Shown piece by piece: positions 32,246 to 43,801 of a stretch of DNA of 64,000 nucleotides. The notes below the pieces were generated by a model that saw nothing but the letters and a program-made list of their open reading frames with translations, made no database searches and had not been told where the DNA came from. The DNA lies in the NCBI GenBank assembly GCA_965223855.1, contig CBDCXM010000009.1, positions 256,001 to 320,000 on the forward strand, read 5' to 3'. Numbering within the stretch: position 1 is the stretch's first letter; every line of letters begins with the position of its first letter. The stretch comes from Candidatus Multivoradales bacterium. GTDB lineage: Bacteria; Acidobacteriota; Thermoanaerobaculia; Multivoradales; JAHEKO01. A program made the translations under genes and the position numbers.

Positions 32246-33631
32246 ATGCCGATCCTCGACCCGATCCGACTCCGGCCGACGACCCTCGTCGCCGTGAGCC
32301 TCATGCTCCTCTCCTCCCCCTCCGCCGCCCGGCAGGATCCGCTCGTCGAGCGCTTCGACGCGTGGGTCGAGCCGATGGTCGCGGCACGCGATCTCGCCGG
32401 AACCGCCCTCGTGGAACACGCCGGCCGCACCGTGCTCCACCGCTCCTGGGGCCTGGCGGACCTCGAGCGCGTGCGGCTCAACCGGCCCGAGACCCGCTTC
32501 GGAGTCGGCTCGATCACCAAGCAGTTCACGGCGGCGGCGGTGTTGCAACTGGTCGACGACGGGAAACTCCGCCTCGACGACACGATCGCCGATCTCCTCA
32601 CTCTGCCGCCCGCCGTCGACCGGGAGCTCGCACGATCGATCTCGCTCCGGCAGCTGCTCGGCCACAGTTCCGGGCTGGCGCGCGACGTGCCGGAGACGCT
32701 CGACGGCTCGGACCTCCAGGCTCTGGCGGCCCGGCTTCTGGCTCTGCCGCGAACCTTCGAGCCGGGCGAGAGGGTCGAGTACAGCAACAGCGGCTACGTC
32801 GTGCTGGCAGCGGTCGTCGAGGCGACCACCGGGCAGCCGTTCGAGCGCGTCGTCACCGAGCGAATCCTCGCACCGCTCGGCCTCGCTTCGACCGGCTTCC
32901 GCACCGGCAGCGAAACGATCCCGACGGCGACCGGCTACGACCCCGGGTTCGGCCCTGCGGGCCTCCTGCCTACTCCGGAGACCGACGTCCGCCGATCGCT
33001 CGGTGCGACCGGTCTCGCCTCCACCCCCGCCGACCTGGCCCGATGGATCCGCGCTCTGGCCGCCGGCGAAGTCCTCAGCCCCGAGTCGACCCGCCTGATG
33101 CTGGAGGACCAGGGAGCAGGTCGGGGCTTCGGCACCGGGATCTATCGCCGTGGCGGCCGCAAGGTGATCGGTCACGACGGCGTCGAGAACGGCTTCGTCG
33201 CCTTCGTAGAGTTGTTCCCCGACGACGACCTCATCGTCGCCTTCGCCGGCAACATCCGCACCTCGGCGTTCGAGTACCTCGAGGATGCCCTGCCGAGTCT
33301 CGCGGTCGACCTGCCGCTCCCCGAAGTGCGCCGCCCGTGGAGCGCAAGACCGGCGACCGACGCGAGCCTGATCGGGAGCTTCCGCGTCCACGACAGCCTG
33401 GTCATCGACATCGCGGCGAGCCCCGAAGGGTTGATGTTGCGAGGCTCCGGTGGCTACTTCACCCCCCTGCTCCAAGTCGAGCGCGATCGGTGGTTCTATC
33501 CCGCCCTCTACGCCGATATCGTTGTCCAGCGCGACGATCGCGGCTCGGCGATCGCACTCGCCTGGACCACCGTCCAGGGCGCTCGCTTCGAGATTCCACG
33601 TATCGACACCGACGACCCGGGAGAGTCCTGA
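32246..33631 (+). CDS. Secreted serine hydrolase (beta-lactamase/AmpC-like family)
   Basis: GSITK (SxxK), YSN, GHDG motifs; signal peptide. Confidence 0.88.
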   Translation: MPILDPIRLRPTTLVAVSLMLLSSPSAARQDPLVERFDAWVEPMVAARDLAGTALVEHAGRTVLHRSWGLADLERVRLNRPETRFGVGSITKQFTAAAVLQLVDDGKLRLDDTIADLLTLPPAVDRELARSISLRQLLGHSSGLARDVPETLDGSDLQALAARLLALPRTFEPGERVEYSNSGYVVLAAVVEATTGQPFERVVTERILAPLGLASTGFRTGSETIPTATGYDPGFGPAGLLPTPETDVRRSLGATGLASTPADLARWIRALAAGEVLSPESTRLMLEDQGAGRGFGTGIYRRGGRKVIGHDGVENGFVAFVELFPDDDLIVAFAGNIRTSAFEYLEDALPSLAVDLPLPEVRRPWSARPATDASLIGSFRVHDSLVIDIAASPEGLMLRGSGGYFTPLLQVERDRWFYPALYADIVVQRDDRGSAIALAWTTVQGARFEIPRIDTDDPGES

Positions 33632-33636
33632 GCGGG

Positions 33637-34212
33637 ATGAACTCCGACCCCACGGACGAGGAACTGATGCTCGCGGTGCGGCACGGACGGCTCGACCGGA
33701 TGGGCGAGCTCTTCGACCGCCACCACCGCCGGGTCTTCGGTCTCCTCCGCGGGCTCGGTCTCGACTTCGAACTGGCCGAGGACGCCACTCAGGAGGCGTT
33801 CGCGCGGGCGCTGCGCTACCGGCGCAGCTTCCGGCAGGGGCGCCGGTTCCTCCCCTGGTTCCTGACGATCGCCCGCAACGCTGCCCGCACCCGGGGCGTC
33901 TACGAGCGCGAGCCGACCGTCGGTGAGCCGGAGCAGGTGCAACGAATCGAGGACCCGACCGCACTCGAGGCGTTCGACCTCACCGGCGTCGAGGCTCGGG
34001 AGCTGAGGGAGGCGCTCAGCCGGATCCCGCTGCTGCAGCGCGAAGCGCTCCTGCTGACCTACTTCCACGAGCTCGAATCGCCCGAGGTCGCCGAACTGCT
34101 CGGGACGACAGCCGGAGCCGTCCGCGTGCGCGTCCATCGTGCGCTGCGGAGCCTCCGTGAACTGCTCGAGCCCACTGCGACCCCAACGCTCCACCAGGAG
34201 ATCGAATCATGA
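33637..34212 (+). CDS. ECF RNA polymerase sigma factor
   Basis: AEDATQEAF, FLPWFLTIARN, EVAELLGTTAGAVRVRVHRA. Confidence 0.9.
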   Translation: MNSDPTDEELMLAVRHGRLDRMGELFDRHHRRVFGLLRGLGLDFELAEDATQEAFARALRYRRSFRQGRRFLPWFLTIARNAARTRGVYEREPTVGEPEQVQRIEDPTALEAFDLTGVEARELREALSRIPLLQREALLLTYFHELESPEVAELLGTTAGAVRVRVHRALRSLRELLEPTATPTLHQEIES

Positions 34213-34697
34213 GCGATCCGTATCGCGTCCCGGAGAACGATCCGCTCGAGCTTCTCGGCGCCGAGGCGCCCTCGGCGCGCCTGCGAGAGCAGCTCGAGCG
34301 GAACCTTCGGCGCTCGCGTTCCCGTCGTCGATGGGCCGTCGCCGCCACCGTCGCCATCGTCGGCCTGGGTGCGGGCCTGCTGTGGATCGGCCGCGCGCCG
34401 GAGTCCTCCTCGCCGCTCGCAGCGGAGCTGCGCTCCGAAGCCGTCTTCACCCGGCTCGCCGCGGTCGCCCGGGCGCTCGACCAGCCGGACCTCGACCGGA
34501 GCTCCCTCGACGAGCTCGTGCGGCTCGCAGGAGAAGACCCCAGCCTCAACGTTCGGCTGCTGAGTCTCGACGTCCTGTCGCGGCACGCCCTCGACCCGGG
34601 AGATCTCCGTCGACTCCGGAAGACGGACCAGGCGCCGATCGTGGAGGCCCATCTGCAACGGCGCTTCGCGAGCGCACCGTCGCGGGGGGGCGCATGA
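34209..34697 (+). CDS. Putative membrane anti-sigma factor with HEAT-like C-terminus
   Basis: Coupled to the ECF gene, single TM segment, RLAAV...EDPSLNVRLLSLDVL. Confidence 0.65.
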   Translation: MSDPYRVPENDPLELLGAEAPSARLREQLERNLRRSRSRRRWAVAATVAIVGLGAGLLWIGRAPESSSPLAAELRSEAVFTRLAAVARALDQPDLDRSSLDELVRLAGEDPSLNVRLLSLDVLSRHALDPGDLRRLRKTDQAPIVEAHLQRRFASAPSRGGA

Positions 34698-35473
34698 TGC
34701 TTCGCCGGCCGCTTCAGCTCCGGAGGTTCCTCGCTCCTGCTCTCGTGGTCCTCGTCGTCGCAGGCGGCGCCGAAGCAGCCTCCTCGGAAGACCGCTACCT
34801 GGACCTCGCCCGGCCCGGCGAACCGTTCGAGATCGCGGTGCACGTCTACTGGGGCGACCTCCGACTTTCCGCCAGCGAAGACGAGTGGCTGGTCTTCGAC
34901 GCTCGCGACGACCATGGCGAAGCGGCCGAAATCGAAGTTACGCATCGCAACAACCGCGTCGAGATCCGCCAGCCGCCACCCGACGAGGGGACCTTCGCAA
35001 GCGCCAATCTGGACCTCCGTCTCCCCTCAGGGGGAACGATCCATCTCTTCATCGAGCGCGGCGGCAACGTCCGTTCCCGAGGCCTCCAAGCCTGGCTCGA
35101 GGTGACCAACCTCAACGGATCAGTGGACATCTTCGACCACCACGGCGTGGCCGCCGTCAACGCCAGCAACGGCACGATCCGGGCAGAGCTCGTCGAACCG
35201 GAGGAGGCGCCGATGATCTTCACCTCCCTCAACGGCAGCGTCCACCTCTGTCTTCCCGAGGACGCGGGCCGCAACGTCTTCCTCAGCACCCACGAGAACG
35301 AGATCCTCACGGAGTTCGCGATCCGTCGGGAGCCGCCCGCGCGCTCGATACCGGCAGGCTGGATTCTCGACCGCGAGACGCAGGCGGTCCGTGGTCGCAT
35401 CGGCGAGGGCGGGCCACTCCTGCGCGCGTCCACGGTGAACGGAGACGTCCTGCTTCACATCTGCGGGCGCTGA
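34694..35473 (+). CDS. DUF4097/adhesin-like beta-repeat exported protein
   Basis: Signal peptide; repeats VTNLNGSV, NASNGTI, TSLNGSV, ASTVNGDV. Confidence 0.8.
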   Translation: MMLRRPLQLRRFLAPALVVLVVAGGAEAASSEDRYLDLARPGEPFEIAVHVYWGDLRLSASEDEWLVFDARDDHGEAAEIEVTHRNNRVEIRQPPPDEGTFASANLDLRLPSGGTIHLFIERGGNVRSRGLQAWLEVTNLNGSVDIFDHHGVAAVNASNGTIRAELVEPEEAPMIFTSLNGSVHLCLPEDAGRNVFLSTHENEILTEFAIRREPPARSIPAGWILDRETQAVRGRIGEGGPLLRASTVNGDVLLHICGR

Positions 35474-37224
35474 TCGCGCACCGCACGCACCAGGTAAGGC
35501 CCAAGGGCAAGTGCGTCCAGGTCGGTCTTCAGGAAGGTCCGGCAGGCGTCCGCCGGGGTGTGGACGATGGGCTCGTCGGCATCGTTGAAGGAGGTGTTGA
35601 GGAGAATCGGCACGCCGGTCCGCCGGCCCGTCTCCAGGAGAAGCCGATGAAGCTGCGGATCGGATTCCGCGGTGACCGTCTGGATACGACAGGTGCCGTG
35701 GTGCACGATGCTCGGAATCCGCTGCCGAGCCGAGTCGCGCACCGGGACGACGAACTGCATGTAGGGCGAGGGCTCCGAGCAGTCGAAGAACTCGGCGGCG
35801 CGCTCTGCCGGCACCACCCCGCCGAAGGGGCGGAAGGGCTCGCGGTGCTTCACTCGCGCGTTGATGGTGTCCCGCATCTCGGGATCGCGCGGACTGGCGA
35901 GAATGCTGCGATGTCCGAGCGCTCGGGGTCCGAACTCGTCGCGCCCCTGGACCCAGGCGACGATGCTCTGCTGCGCCAGCAGGTCGGCCACCTCTGTCTC
36001 GATCGAGGCCGGCCGACGGGAGTCCAGCCGTCTTCCATGCCCCTCGATCGCGTTCCTCGCAGTCGCCTCGCTGAAGTCGGTTCCGAGAAACGGGCTGAAG
36101 TGCAGATCGCGCCGAGGCGCTCGCCCATCCCGATGGACCCACCACGCCGCGGCTCCGAAGGAAGCACCATGGTCGCCAGGCACCGGTGGCACGTGGACCG
36201 AGTCGAAGAGCCCTCTCGCCAGCAGCTTCCCGTTCGCCACCGAGTTCTGGAAGACACCCCCGGCCAGGCACAGGTTCCTCGCTTTGGTGAGCTGGCGAAG
36301 ACGCTCCGCCAGCCGCATCAGCACCCTTTCGGTGGCCGACTGGAGCGCTGCGGCGACGTCGAAATGAACCTGCTCGAGTTCTTCTGGGTGGCGGCGCGGT
36401 TTCAGGCCGAGCAGCCTCGCCAGCATGCGGTCGCAATAACCGGGACGGAAGACCATGGCCGTGCGATGAGTCCGATACCGACCGTCCGACCGATCACTCA
36501 CCAGACGATCGAACGCAGCCCTGAAGCGCATCGGGTCGCCGTACGCCGCCATGCCCATCACCTTGTATTCGTCCCAGGCGGCCCGCATCCCGAGGAAGTC
36601 GGTGACCATGCCGTACAGGATGCCGATCGAGTCGGGCGTGGGAATCCGACCCAGGCTGCGATAGCGCGTCCCCCGGAACTCTCCGAGGGTGGCGCTCTCA
36701 TCCTCACCCTGGCCGTCCACGGTGAGCACCGCCGCCTCGTCGAAGGGCGATGAGTAGTAGGCGGCAGCAGCGTGGGCGAGATGATGCCCGACACCTCGGG
36801 TGCGCCCACGCGGCACCGCGGAGCCGATCGCCTCGGCGAGCGCGATCCCCGCACGCCGTGGGCTCATCAGATCCCGCACCACCCTAACGCCGGCGCCCGC
36901 CAGGGCCGGCCAGTGCCAGACGGGGATACGCCACGGATGCCTGGCGAACATGCTGGCCAGCCGACCCGGAGTCGCATGCCAGGGATAGACGAAGCAATCG
37001 ACATCCTCGACTCGAAGCTGTGCGGAGTCGAGAGCGAGCCCCAGCGCCGACGTCGGAAGGGCGGACGTGTGCTTGGCACGCGTCGGGCGCTCTTCCTCCA
37101 AGGCGAACGTCAACCGACCGTCGACGAACAGCGCTACTGCCGAGTCATGGCCCACGAACCTCAGGCCGTACCGCCGCCGGTAGAACTCGCCGTTGGGAAT
37201 GCCCGAAAAGCCGACGACGATCAT
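35455..37224 (-). CDS. Carbamoyltransferase (NodU/CmcH family)
   Basis: HDSAVAL, EEER, HHLAHAA, DGQGE, EYKVMG, AGGV, EFGPRALGHRS, KHREPFRPF, LNTSFN. Confidence 0.92.
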   Translation of the reverse strand: MIVVGFSGIPNGEFYRRRYGLRFVGHDSAVALFVDGRLTFALEEERPTRAKHTSALPTSALGLALDSAQLRVEDVDCFVYPWHATPGRLASMFARHPWRIPVWHWPALAGAGVRVVRDLMSPRRAGIALAEAIGSAVPRGRTRGVGHHLAHAAAAYYSSPFDEAAVLTVDGQGEDESATLGEFRGTRYRSLGRIPTPDSIGILYGMVTDFLGMRAAWDEYKVMGMAAYGDPMRFRAAFDRLVSDRSDGRYRTHRTAMVFRPGYCDRMLARLLGLKPRRHPEELEQVHFDVAAALQSATERVLMRLAERLRQLTKARNLCLAGGVFQNSVANGKLLARGLFDSVHVPPVPGDHGASFGAAAWWVHRDGRAPRRDLHFSPFLGTDFSEATARNAIEGHGRRLDSRRPASIETEVADLLAQQSIVAWVQGRDEFGPRALGHRSILASPRDPEMRDTINARVKHREPFRPFGGVVPAERAAEFFDCSEPSPYMQFVVPVRDSARQRIPSIVHHGTCRIQTVTAESDPQLHRLLLETGRRTGVPILLNTSFNDADEPIVHTPADACRTFLKTDLDALALGPYLVRAVRDQRPQM

Positions 37225-37385
37225 CGGTGCATTGTAAGAGTCTGAAGCTCCGGGTCCGGAAAGGAATCGACCGCCTTCGGCCGAGAGGCTGGCAAGCTGG
37301 CCTAACCTGAACTCCTCACGCCAAGCGCAATCCGGCGGATCTCAGCTCCGGCGGGTATCCTCGCCGCCTTTCGAGGAGGAACCCG

Positions 37386-37770
37386 ATGCGAATGAAGACG
37401 CACTCGCCGACCGAAGGTGTGTACGCCGCCACCGACGACTACTGCCACGCTCTCGAAGTCAGCGGAGCCGCTCGAACCCTGTTCGTCGCCGGCACCATGG
37501 GCCTCGAACCGGACGGAACACCGGGAGCCGGTATCGACGAGCAACTCGACTTGGTGTGGGACAACCTCCGCGCGATTCTCGCCAGCGCCGGCATGACGAC
37601 CGACAACATCGTCCGTCTCACGAGCTACCTGACCGACCCGGACTACGCGGAGGCGAACGCCGAAGCTCGACAGGCGGCCCTCGGGGGCCGCCGGATTCCG
37701 ACGACAGCCATCGTCGTGCAGACCCTCGATCCGGGCTGGTTGGTGGAGATCGAGATCATCGCGGCAGCCT

Positions 37771-37772
<2 letters not shown>
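37386..37772 (+). CDS. RidA/YjgF family protein
   Basis: YCHA, LFVAG, NLRAILASAG, WLVEIE; GAGGAGG RBS. Confidence 0.88.
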
Positions 37773-38373
<601 letters not shown>

Positions 38374-38498
38374 GCGGGGGTGACGCAAGGGGATGCATTG
38401 TAGGTGCGGCGCAGGGTGGAGTCAAAGAGACTCGGCTGCTACTCTCGCCGCGCACCTGAATCCTGTGATTGCGGCGCTGGACCCCGGAGGATGCGTTC

Positions 38499-40499
38499 AT
38501 GAGTGAGGCCGAGGCGGACCTCGATCTGTTGGCGATCAACACCATCCGCTTCCTCGCGGTGGACATGGTCGAGAAGGCGAACTCGGGGCATCCGGGGGCG
38601 CCGATGGGGCAGGCGCCGTTGGCGTATCTGTTGTGGACAAGGCACTTGCGCCACGACCCCGCCGACCCCGCCTGGCCCGACCGGGATCGCTTCGTGCTCT
38701 CCTGCGGCCACGCCTCGGCGTTGATCTACTCGTTGCTGCATCTGTCGGGTTACGACGTTTCGCTCGACGACCTGCGCGACTTCCGCCAGTGGGGTTCGAA
38801 GACTCCCGGGCACCCGGAGTACGGCCACACGCCGGGGGTGGAGACGACCACCGGGCCGCTCGGCCAGGGGCTCGGCAACGCGGTCGGCATGGCGATCGCC
38901 CGGCGCATGCTGGCGGCCGAGTTCGATCGGCCCGGATACGACCTGTTCCGCCACCGCATCGTCGTGCTGGCGAGCGACGGCGACCTGATGGAGGGGATCA
39001 CCTCCGAGGCGAGCTCACTCGCCGGTCACCTGAAGCTCGGTGAGCTGAAGGTGTTCTACGACGCCAACCAGATCTCGATCGACGGCTCGACCGATCTCAC
39101 CTACACCGAGGACGTCGGCAAGCGCTACGAGTCCTACGGCTGGAACGTTCTCCACGTCGACGACGTCAACGACCTCGCCCAGACCGACGCCGCCATCGAG
39201 GCGGCGTTCGCCGAGAGCGAGAGGCCGACGCTGGTCGTCGTCCGCACCAACATCGGCTACGGCAGTCCGGGCAAGCAGGACACGGCCGCCTCGCACGGTG
39301 CCCCTCTCGGGCCGGACGAGGTCGCTGCGACGCGCACCAATCTCGGCTGGCCGGAGGAGACGTTCCTCGTCCCCGACGAGGCGCGTCGGGCCTTCCGGGA
39401 ACGCGCCGAGCGCGGGGCACAGAGGCGCGCCGCCTGGGTCGAGTCGCTCGACGACTATCGCTCCGACCACCCCGAAGCGGCTGCCGAGCTGGCGCGGCGC
39501 CTCGACGGCCGCCTGCCCGAAGAGTGGCCCGGATCACTGCCGGACTTCGACCCCGCGGACGGCCCGCTCGCCACGCGCAAGGCCTCCGGCGCGGTGCTCA
39601 ACGCCATCGCCGGCTCGGTGCGCGAGCTCACCGGCGGCTCCGCCGACCTCACCGGCTCGAACAACACCTGGATCGACGGCCTCGAGGCGTTTTCCGCCAC
39701 CGCCCTCGACGGCCGCAACTTCTTCTTCGGCGTCCGCGAGCACGCCATGGGCTCGGCGATGAACGGCATGGCGCTCTCGGGGTTGCTGCGCCCCTACGGC
39801 GGCACCTTCCTGATCTTCTCCGACTACATGCGTCCGGCGATCCGCCTCGCCGCCCTGATGGGGCTGCCGGCGATCTACGTCTTCACCCACGACTCGATCT
39901 TCCTCGGCGAGGACGGGCCGACCCACCAGCCGGTCAGTCAACTGCTGTCGCTGCGCTCGATCCCCAACCTCACCGTCGTGCGCCCGGCCGACGCCAACGA
40001 GACCGCCGGCGCCTGGCGGGTGGCGGTCGAGAACCGGGAGGGGCCGACCGCCCTCGTCCTCACCCGGCAGAAGCTGCCGATCCTCGCCGCCACACGGGAG
40101 GCGGGCACCGACGCCGTCGGTCGCGGCGGCTACCTGCTGCGCGACGGCTCGGATCTCGTCCTGATCGCCACCGGCTCCGAGGTCCCTCTCGCCCTCGAGG
40201 CGGCCGACGCCCTGGCGGCCGACGGCATCGAAACCCGGGTCGTGAGCCTCCCGTCGTGGGAGCTCTTCGACCGCCAGAGCCGCGACTACCGCGACAGCGT
40301 GCTGCCGCCCGACCAGCCACGAAGACTGGCGATCGAGGCCGGCTCACCGCTCGGCTGGGAGCGCTACGTAGGCGACCGTGGGGCCGTCCTCGGCGTCGAG
40401 GGCTACGGAGCCTCGGCACCGCTGGCCGACCTCGCTCGCGAGTACGGCTTCACCGTCGAGAGGGTGGTCGCCGCAGCCCGACGGCTGCTGGAGAGCTGA
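38499..40499 (+). CDS. tkt: Transketolase
   Basis: [51 protein letters not shown]. Confidence 0.97.
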   Translation: MSEAEADLDLLAINTIRFLAVDMVEKANSGHPGAPMGQAPLAYLLWTRHLRHDPADPAWPDRDRFVLSCGHASALIYSLLHLSGYDVSLDDLRDFRQWGSKTPGHPEYGHTPGVETTTGPLGQGLGNAVGMAIARRMLAAEFDRPGYDLFRHRIVVLASDGDLMEGITSEASSLAGHLKLGELKVFYDANQISIDGSTDLTYTEDVGKRYESYGWNVLHVDDVNDLAQTDAAIEAAFAESERPTLVVVRTNIGYGSPGKQDTAASHGAPLGPDEVAATRTNLGWPEETFLVPDEARRAFRERAERGAQRRAAWVESLDDYRSDHPEAAAELARRLDGRLPEEWPGSLPDFDPADGPLATRKASGAVLNAIAGSVRELTGGSADLTGSNNTWIDGLEAFSATALDGRNFFFGVREHAMGSAMNGMALSGLLRPYGGTFLIFSDYMRPAIRLAALMGLPAIYVFTHDSIFLGEDGPTHQPVSQLLSLRSIPNLTVVRPADANETAGAWRVAVENREGPTALVLTRQKLPILAATREAGTDAVGRGGYLLRDGSDLVLIATGSEVPLALEAADALAADGIETRVVSLPSWELFDRQSRDYRDSVLPPDQPRRLAIEAGSPLGWERYVGDRGAVLGVEGYGASAPLADLAREYGFTVERVVAAARRLLES

Positions 40500-40506
40500 C
40501 CGCAGG

Positions 40507-41277
40507 ATGAAGAACAAACCGGAGATCGTCTCCAACTGGTTGCCGCGCTACACCGGCACGGCAGCGGAGGACTTCGGCAAGTACATCCTGCTGACCAACT
40601 TCAACAACTACGTAGAGAAGTTCGCCGACTGGCACGGCGTCGAGATCGAAGGTCGCGACCGGCCGATGCCCAACGCCACCGCCGAGGGGATCACGATGAT
40701 CAACTTCGGCATGGGGAGCGCCAACGCCGCGACCATTCTCGACCTGCTGACCGCGGTCAGCCCGCGCGCCTGCCTCTTCCTCGGCAAGTGCGGCGGCCTG
40801 AAGAAGAAGAACTCGCTCGGCGACCTGATCCTGCCGATCGCCGCCGTGCGCGGCGAAGGAACGTCGAACGACTACCTTCCGGAGGAGGTGCCGGCGCTGC
40901 CCGCCTTCGCCCTTCAGAAGGCGATCTCGACCACGATCCGCGACCACGAGCGCGACTACTGGACCGGCACCGTCTACTCCACCAACCGCCGGGTGTGGGA
41001 GCACGACGACGACTTCAAGAAGTACCTGCGGCGGCTGCGCACGATGGCGATCGACATGGAGACGGCGACCGTCTTCACCGTAGCCTTCGCCAACAAGATT
41101 CCGGCCGGAGCGCTGCTGCTGGTCTCCGATCAGCCGATGGTGCCCGAGGGTGTGAAGACGGAGACGAGTGACCGCAAGGTCACCGAGGAATTCGTCGATC
41201 TCCACCTGAGGATCGGCATCGACTCGCTGCGTCAGCTCATCAACCAGGGGCACACGGTCAAGCACCTGCGGTTCTAG
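40507..41277 (+). CDS. amn: AMP nucleosidase (short form)
   Basis: NWLPRYTG, YILLTNF, GMGSANAAT, GKCGGL, RGEGTSNDY, AIDMETAT. Confidence 0.88.
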   Translation: MKNKPEIVSNWLPRYTGTAAEDFGKYILLTNFNNYVEKFADWHGVEIEGRDRPMPNATAEGITMINFGMGSANAATILDLLTAVSPRACLFLGKCGGLKKKNSLGDLILPIAAVRGEGTSNDYLPEEVPALPAFALQKAISTTIRDHERDYWTGTVYSTNRRVWEHDDDFKKYLRRLRTMAIDMETATVFTVAFANKIPAGALLLVSDQPMVPEGVKTETSDRKVTEEFVDLHLRIGIDSLRQLINQGHTVKHLRF

Positions 41278-41311
41278 CTCGAACGTCTCACCGGCTCCCG
41301 TCGCGGCAGGG

Positions 41312-42661
41312 TCAGTCGGCTTCCTGTCCCCCGAAACTCTTGAGCTTGTTGTAGAGCGTCCTTCGGCTGAGGCCCAGAAGCTCGGCCGCCTGCGTCTTGT
41401 TTCCGCCGGTGTGCTCCAGGGTCGAGAGAATCAGACGGCGTTCCAGATCCGCGACCTGAGTTCCCACCCGCACATGAAGCGCCGAGCCTGCCCGCGCCGT
41501 CTGACCGACGACCGCCTCCGGCAGCTGAGCACGATCGATCACGTCGTCGGCGAGGATGAACGCCCGCTCGATGGCGTTCTTGAGCTCGCGTACGTTGCCC
41601 GGCCAGTGATGCGCCTCGAGGCTCCGAATCGCATCCAGGGAGAGGCGCTTCGACTCTCCCTCCTCTCGATTGAGCCGATCGAGAAAGCCGGCTGCCAGCA
41701 GCTCGATGTCGCCGGCGCGATCCCGCAACGGCGGCATCGGGATCGCAAACACGTTGAGACGGTAGTAGAGGTCGCTTCGCAGTCGCCCTTCCTCGACCGC
41801 CTGCAGCGGATCCCGATTCGTGCCGGCGAGCAGTCGCACGTCGAAGCTGATCTCGCGATCTCCACCGACCCTGACCACACTGCTGGACTCGAGCACCCTC
41901 AGGAGCTTGACCTGCAGATCGACGGGCATCTCCGTGAGCTCGTCGAGGAAGAGCGTGCCTCCGTCCGCCTGCTCGAAAAGACCTCTATGCTTTCTGGCAG
42001 CTCCGGTGAAGCTTCCTTTCTCGTGGCCGAAGAGCTCGCTCTCCATCAGGTTGGGAGAGATGGCGCCGCAGTTCACCGGCACGAGCGGGCCGTGCCGCCG
42101 GCCGCTGAGCCGGTGCAGGGTCCGGGCCGCCAGCTCCTTCCCGGTACCGCTCTCGCCGATCAGGAGCACCGAGGTCGAGGTAGGTGCCACCCTCTCGATC
42201 AGGCGGTAGACCTCCTGCATGGCCGACGACGCCCCGATGAGCTCTCCGAACCGCCCGAGATCGCGCAGCTCCCCCCTCAGGCTCGTCAGCTCCTGCCGCA
42301 GCTCGACAGTCTTGCGCACACGCTCGAGCAACGCGTCGAGTCGCGCGACGTCGATCGGCTTGGTCAGGTAGTCGCTCGCCCCTCCGCGAAGAGCCGTGAC
42401 CGCGGATTCGAGAGTCGCGCGGCCCGTGACGACCACGAACTCGGCAGTGCCGCCCTTCTCGCTGTGTTCCCGCAAGAGGTCCGTCCCCTTGCCGTCAGGC
42501 AGCACGAGGTCGCAGAGAATGACGTCGAAATCGTCCGCGAGTGCTTCACGAGCGTCTTCGACAGTCGCGGCCGCCCGGGCTTCGAAGCCGGCTCGCCGCA
42601 CCAGTTCCACGAGCGCATCGAGGGAAGCCTTCTCGTCCTCGACGATCAGTGCGCGGCTCAA
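41312..42661 (-). CDS. Sigma54-dependent response regulator (NtrC/AtoC family)
   Basis: REC domain, GESGTGKE, ESELFGHEKGSFTGA, WPGNVRELKN, Fis-type HTH; TTG start overlaps the kinase stop. Confidence 0.93.
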   Translation of the reverse strand: MSRALIVEDEKASLDALVELVRRAGFEARAAATVEDAREALADDFDVILCDLVLPDGKGTDLLREHSEKGGTAEFVVVTGRATLESAVTALRGGASDYLTKPIDVARLDALLERVRKTVELRQELTSLRGELRDLGRFGELIGASSAMQEVYRLIERVAPTSTSVLLIGESGTGKELAARTLHRLSGRRHGPLVPVNCGAISPNLMESELFGHEKGSFTGAARKHRGLFEQADGGTLFLDELTEMPVDLQVKLLRVLESSSVVRVGGDREISFDVRLLAGTNRDPLQAVEEGRLRSDLYYRLNVFAIPMPPLRDRAGDIELLAAGFLDRLNREEGESKRLSLDAIRSLEAHHWPGNVRELKNAIERAFILADDVIDRAQLPEAVVGQTARAGSALHVRVGTQVADLERRLILSTLEHTGGNKTQAAELLGLSRRTLYNKLKSFGGQEAD

Positions 42662-43725
42662 GCCTCGTCTCCGTCGACCAGCGGCATCCTCAATTCGAAG
42701 ACCGTCCCCTCGGGCGAGGTCTCCTGCACGTCGAGCGTCCCGCCCTCCGCTTCGACCGCTGTCCGGGCCACATAGAGACCGAGGCCGCTGCCGCTCGACT
42801 TGGTCGTGAAGTGGAGATCGAAGACGCGCTCCTGGACCGGCGACGGAATGCCCGGGCCACGGTCGCCGACACGGAGGGTCGCCCACTCGCCGTCGCGCCC
42901 AGTCGAAAGGGTCAGCTCGTCCCCGTCGCCGGAGACCTCCACTCCGTTCACAGCGACGTTCAGCAGAGCTCGCAGGAGCCGGTCTTTGCGCGCCGAGACG
43001 AGCAGCTCCTCCTCAGCGAGGCTGATCTCGAGCTCCACGCCTTGCTGGCGCAGCTGGCCGTGGAGCAAGCCGGCGAGTTCCCCCACCAGCTCCCGCAGAT
43101 CGAACTGCGCCGCTTCGGAGGTCGGTTGGACGGTCTGAGCGAGGACCGCGTCGAGGGCCTGGGAGAGCCGCCGCGTCTCTTCCTCGAGTACCTCGAGGCG
43201 CTCGGCCATCTGCGGGCTCGGCCGATCCTCCCCGTCCTCGCCGCCACTCTTGAGCAGCTCGAGGTGCAGGACGATGCTGTTGAGAGGCGACCTCAGGTCG
43301 TGGGCCAGGCCAAGGTAGAGCCGGTCCAGGTTGCGCTGTTGAGCAGCCAGCGCGAGGTCGGTCTCGAGTGCCCGCTGCAGGGAGCGGTTGCGGACGATGA
43401 GCAGGAAGCCCTCACACTCGTCCTCCGAGAGGAGATAGATCTGCACGGTCAGTTGCACCGAATCCTCGCCGTGGCACCAGGGGAGATCGACGATCTCGCC
43501 GTCGATCCGATCGGTCCACGAACGCGAGACGCTCTCCTCCAGCAACTCCAGCAGTTCGTTCCATCGCTCTTCGTCCTCCGGTCCCAATCCGAGGATCTGC
43601 TTAGCCCGTCGACTGGCGAAGTCGAGCTCCTTCGCACCGCTGAGCAGGAGCACACCGACATCCATCAGATCGGCGATGCGCCGGATCCTCTGATCGAGCG
43701 CGTACGGGCGCGACTCCATCTTCAT
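42658..43725 (-). CDS. Cytoplasmic sensor histidine kinase
   Basis: LAHDLRSPLNSI H-box, N-box NVAVNG, DRGPGI, FTTKSSGSGLGL; no TM segment. Confidence 0.9.
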   Translation of the reverse strand: MKMESRPYALDQRIRRIADLMDVGVLLLSGAKELDFASRRAKQILGLGPEDEERWNELLELLEESVSRSWTDRIDGEIVDLPWCHGEDSVQLTVQIYLLSEDECEGFLLIVRNRSLQRALETDLALAAQQRNLDRLYLGLAHDLRSPLNSIVLHLELLKSGGEDGEDRPSPQMAERLEVLEEETRRLSQALDAVLAQTVQPTSEAAQFDLRELVGELAGLLHGQLRQQGVELEISLAEEELLVSARKDRLLRALLNVAVNGVEVSGDGDELTLSTGRDGEWATLRVGDRGPGIPSPVQERVFDLHFTTKSSGSGLGLYVARTAVEAEGGTLDVQETSPEGTVFELRMPLVDGDEA

Positions 43726-43801
43726 ACGTTTCTGAAGCTCCAGGGGAAAGACCGAGGAATCCTACCGGAATGCCTGGCCTGACAATCTCGACAGGTTGGG
43801 G

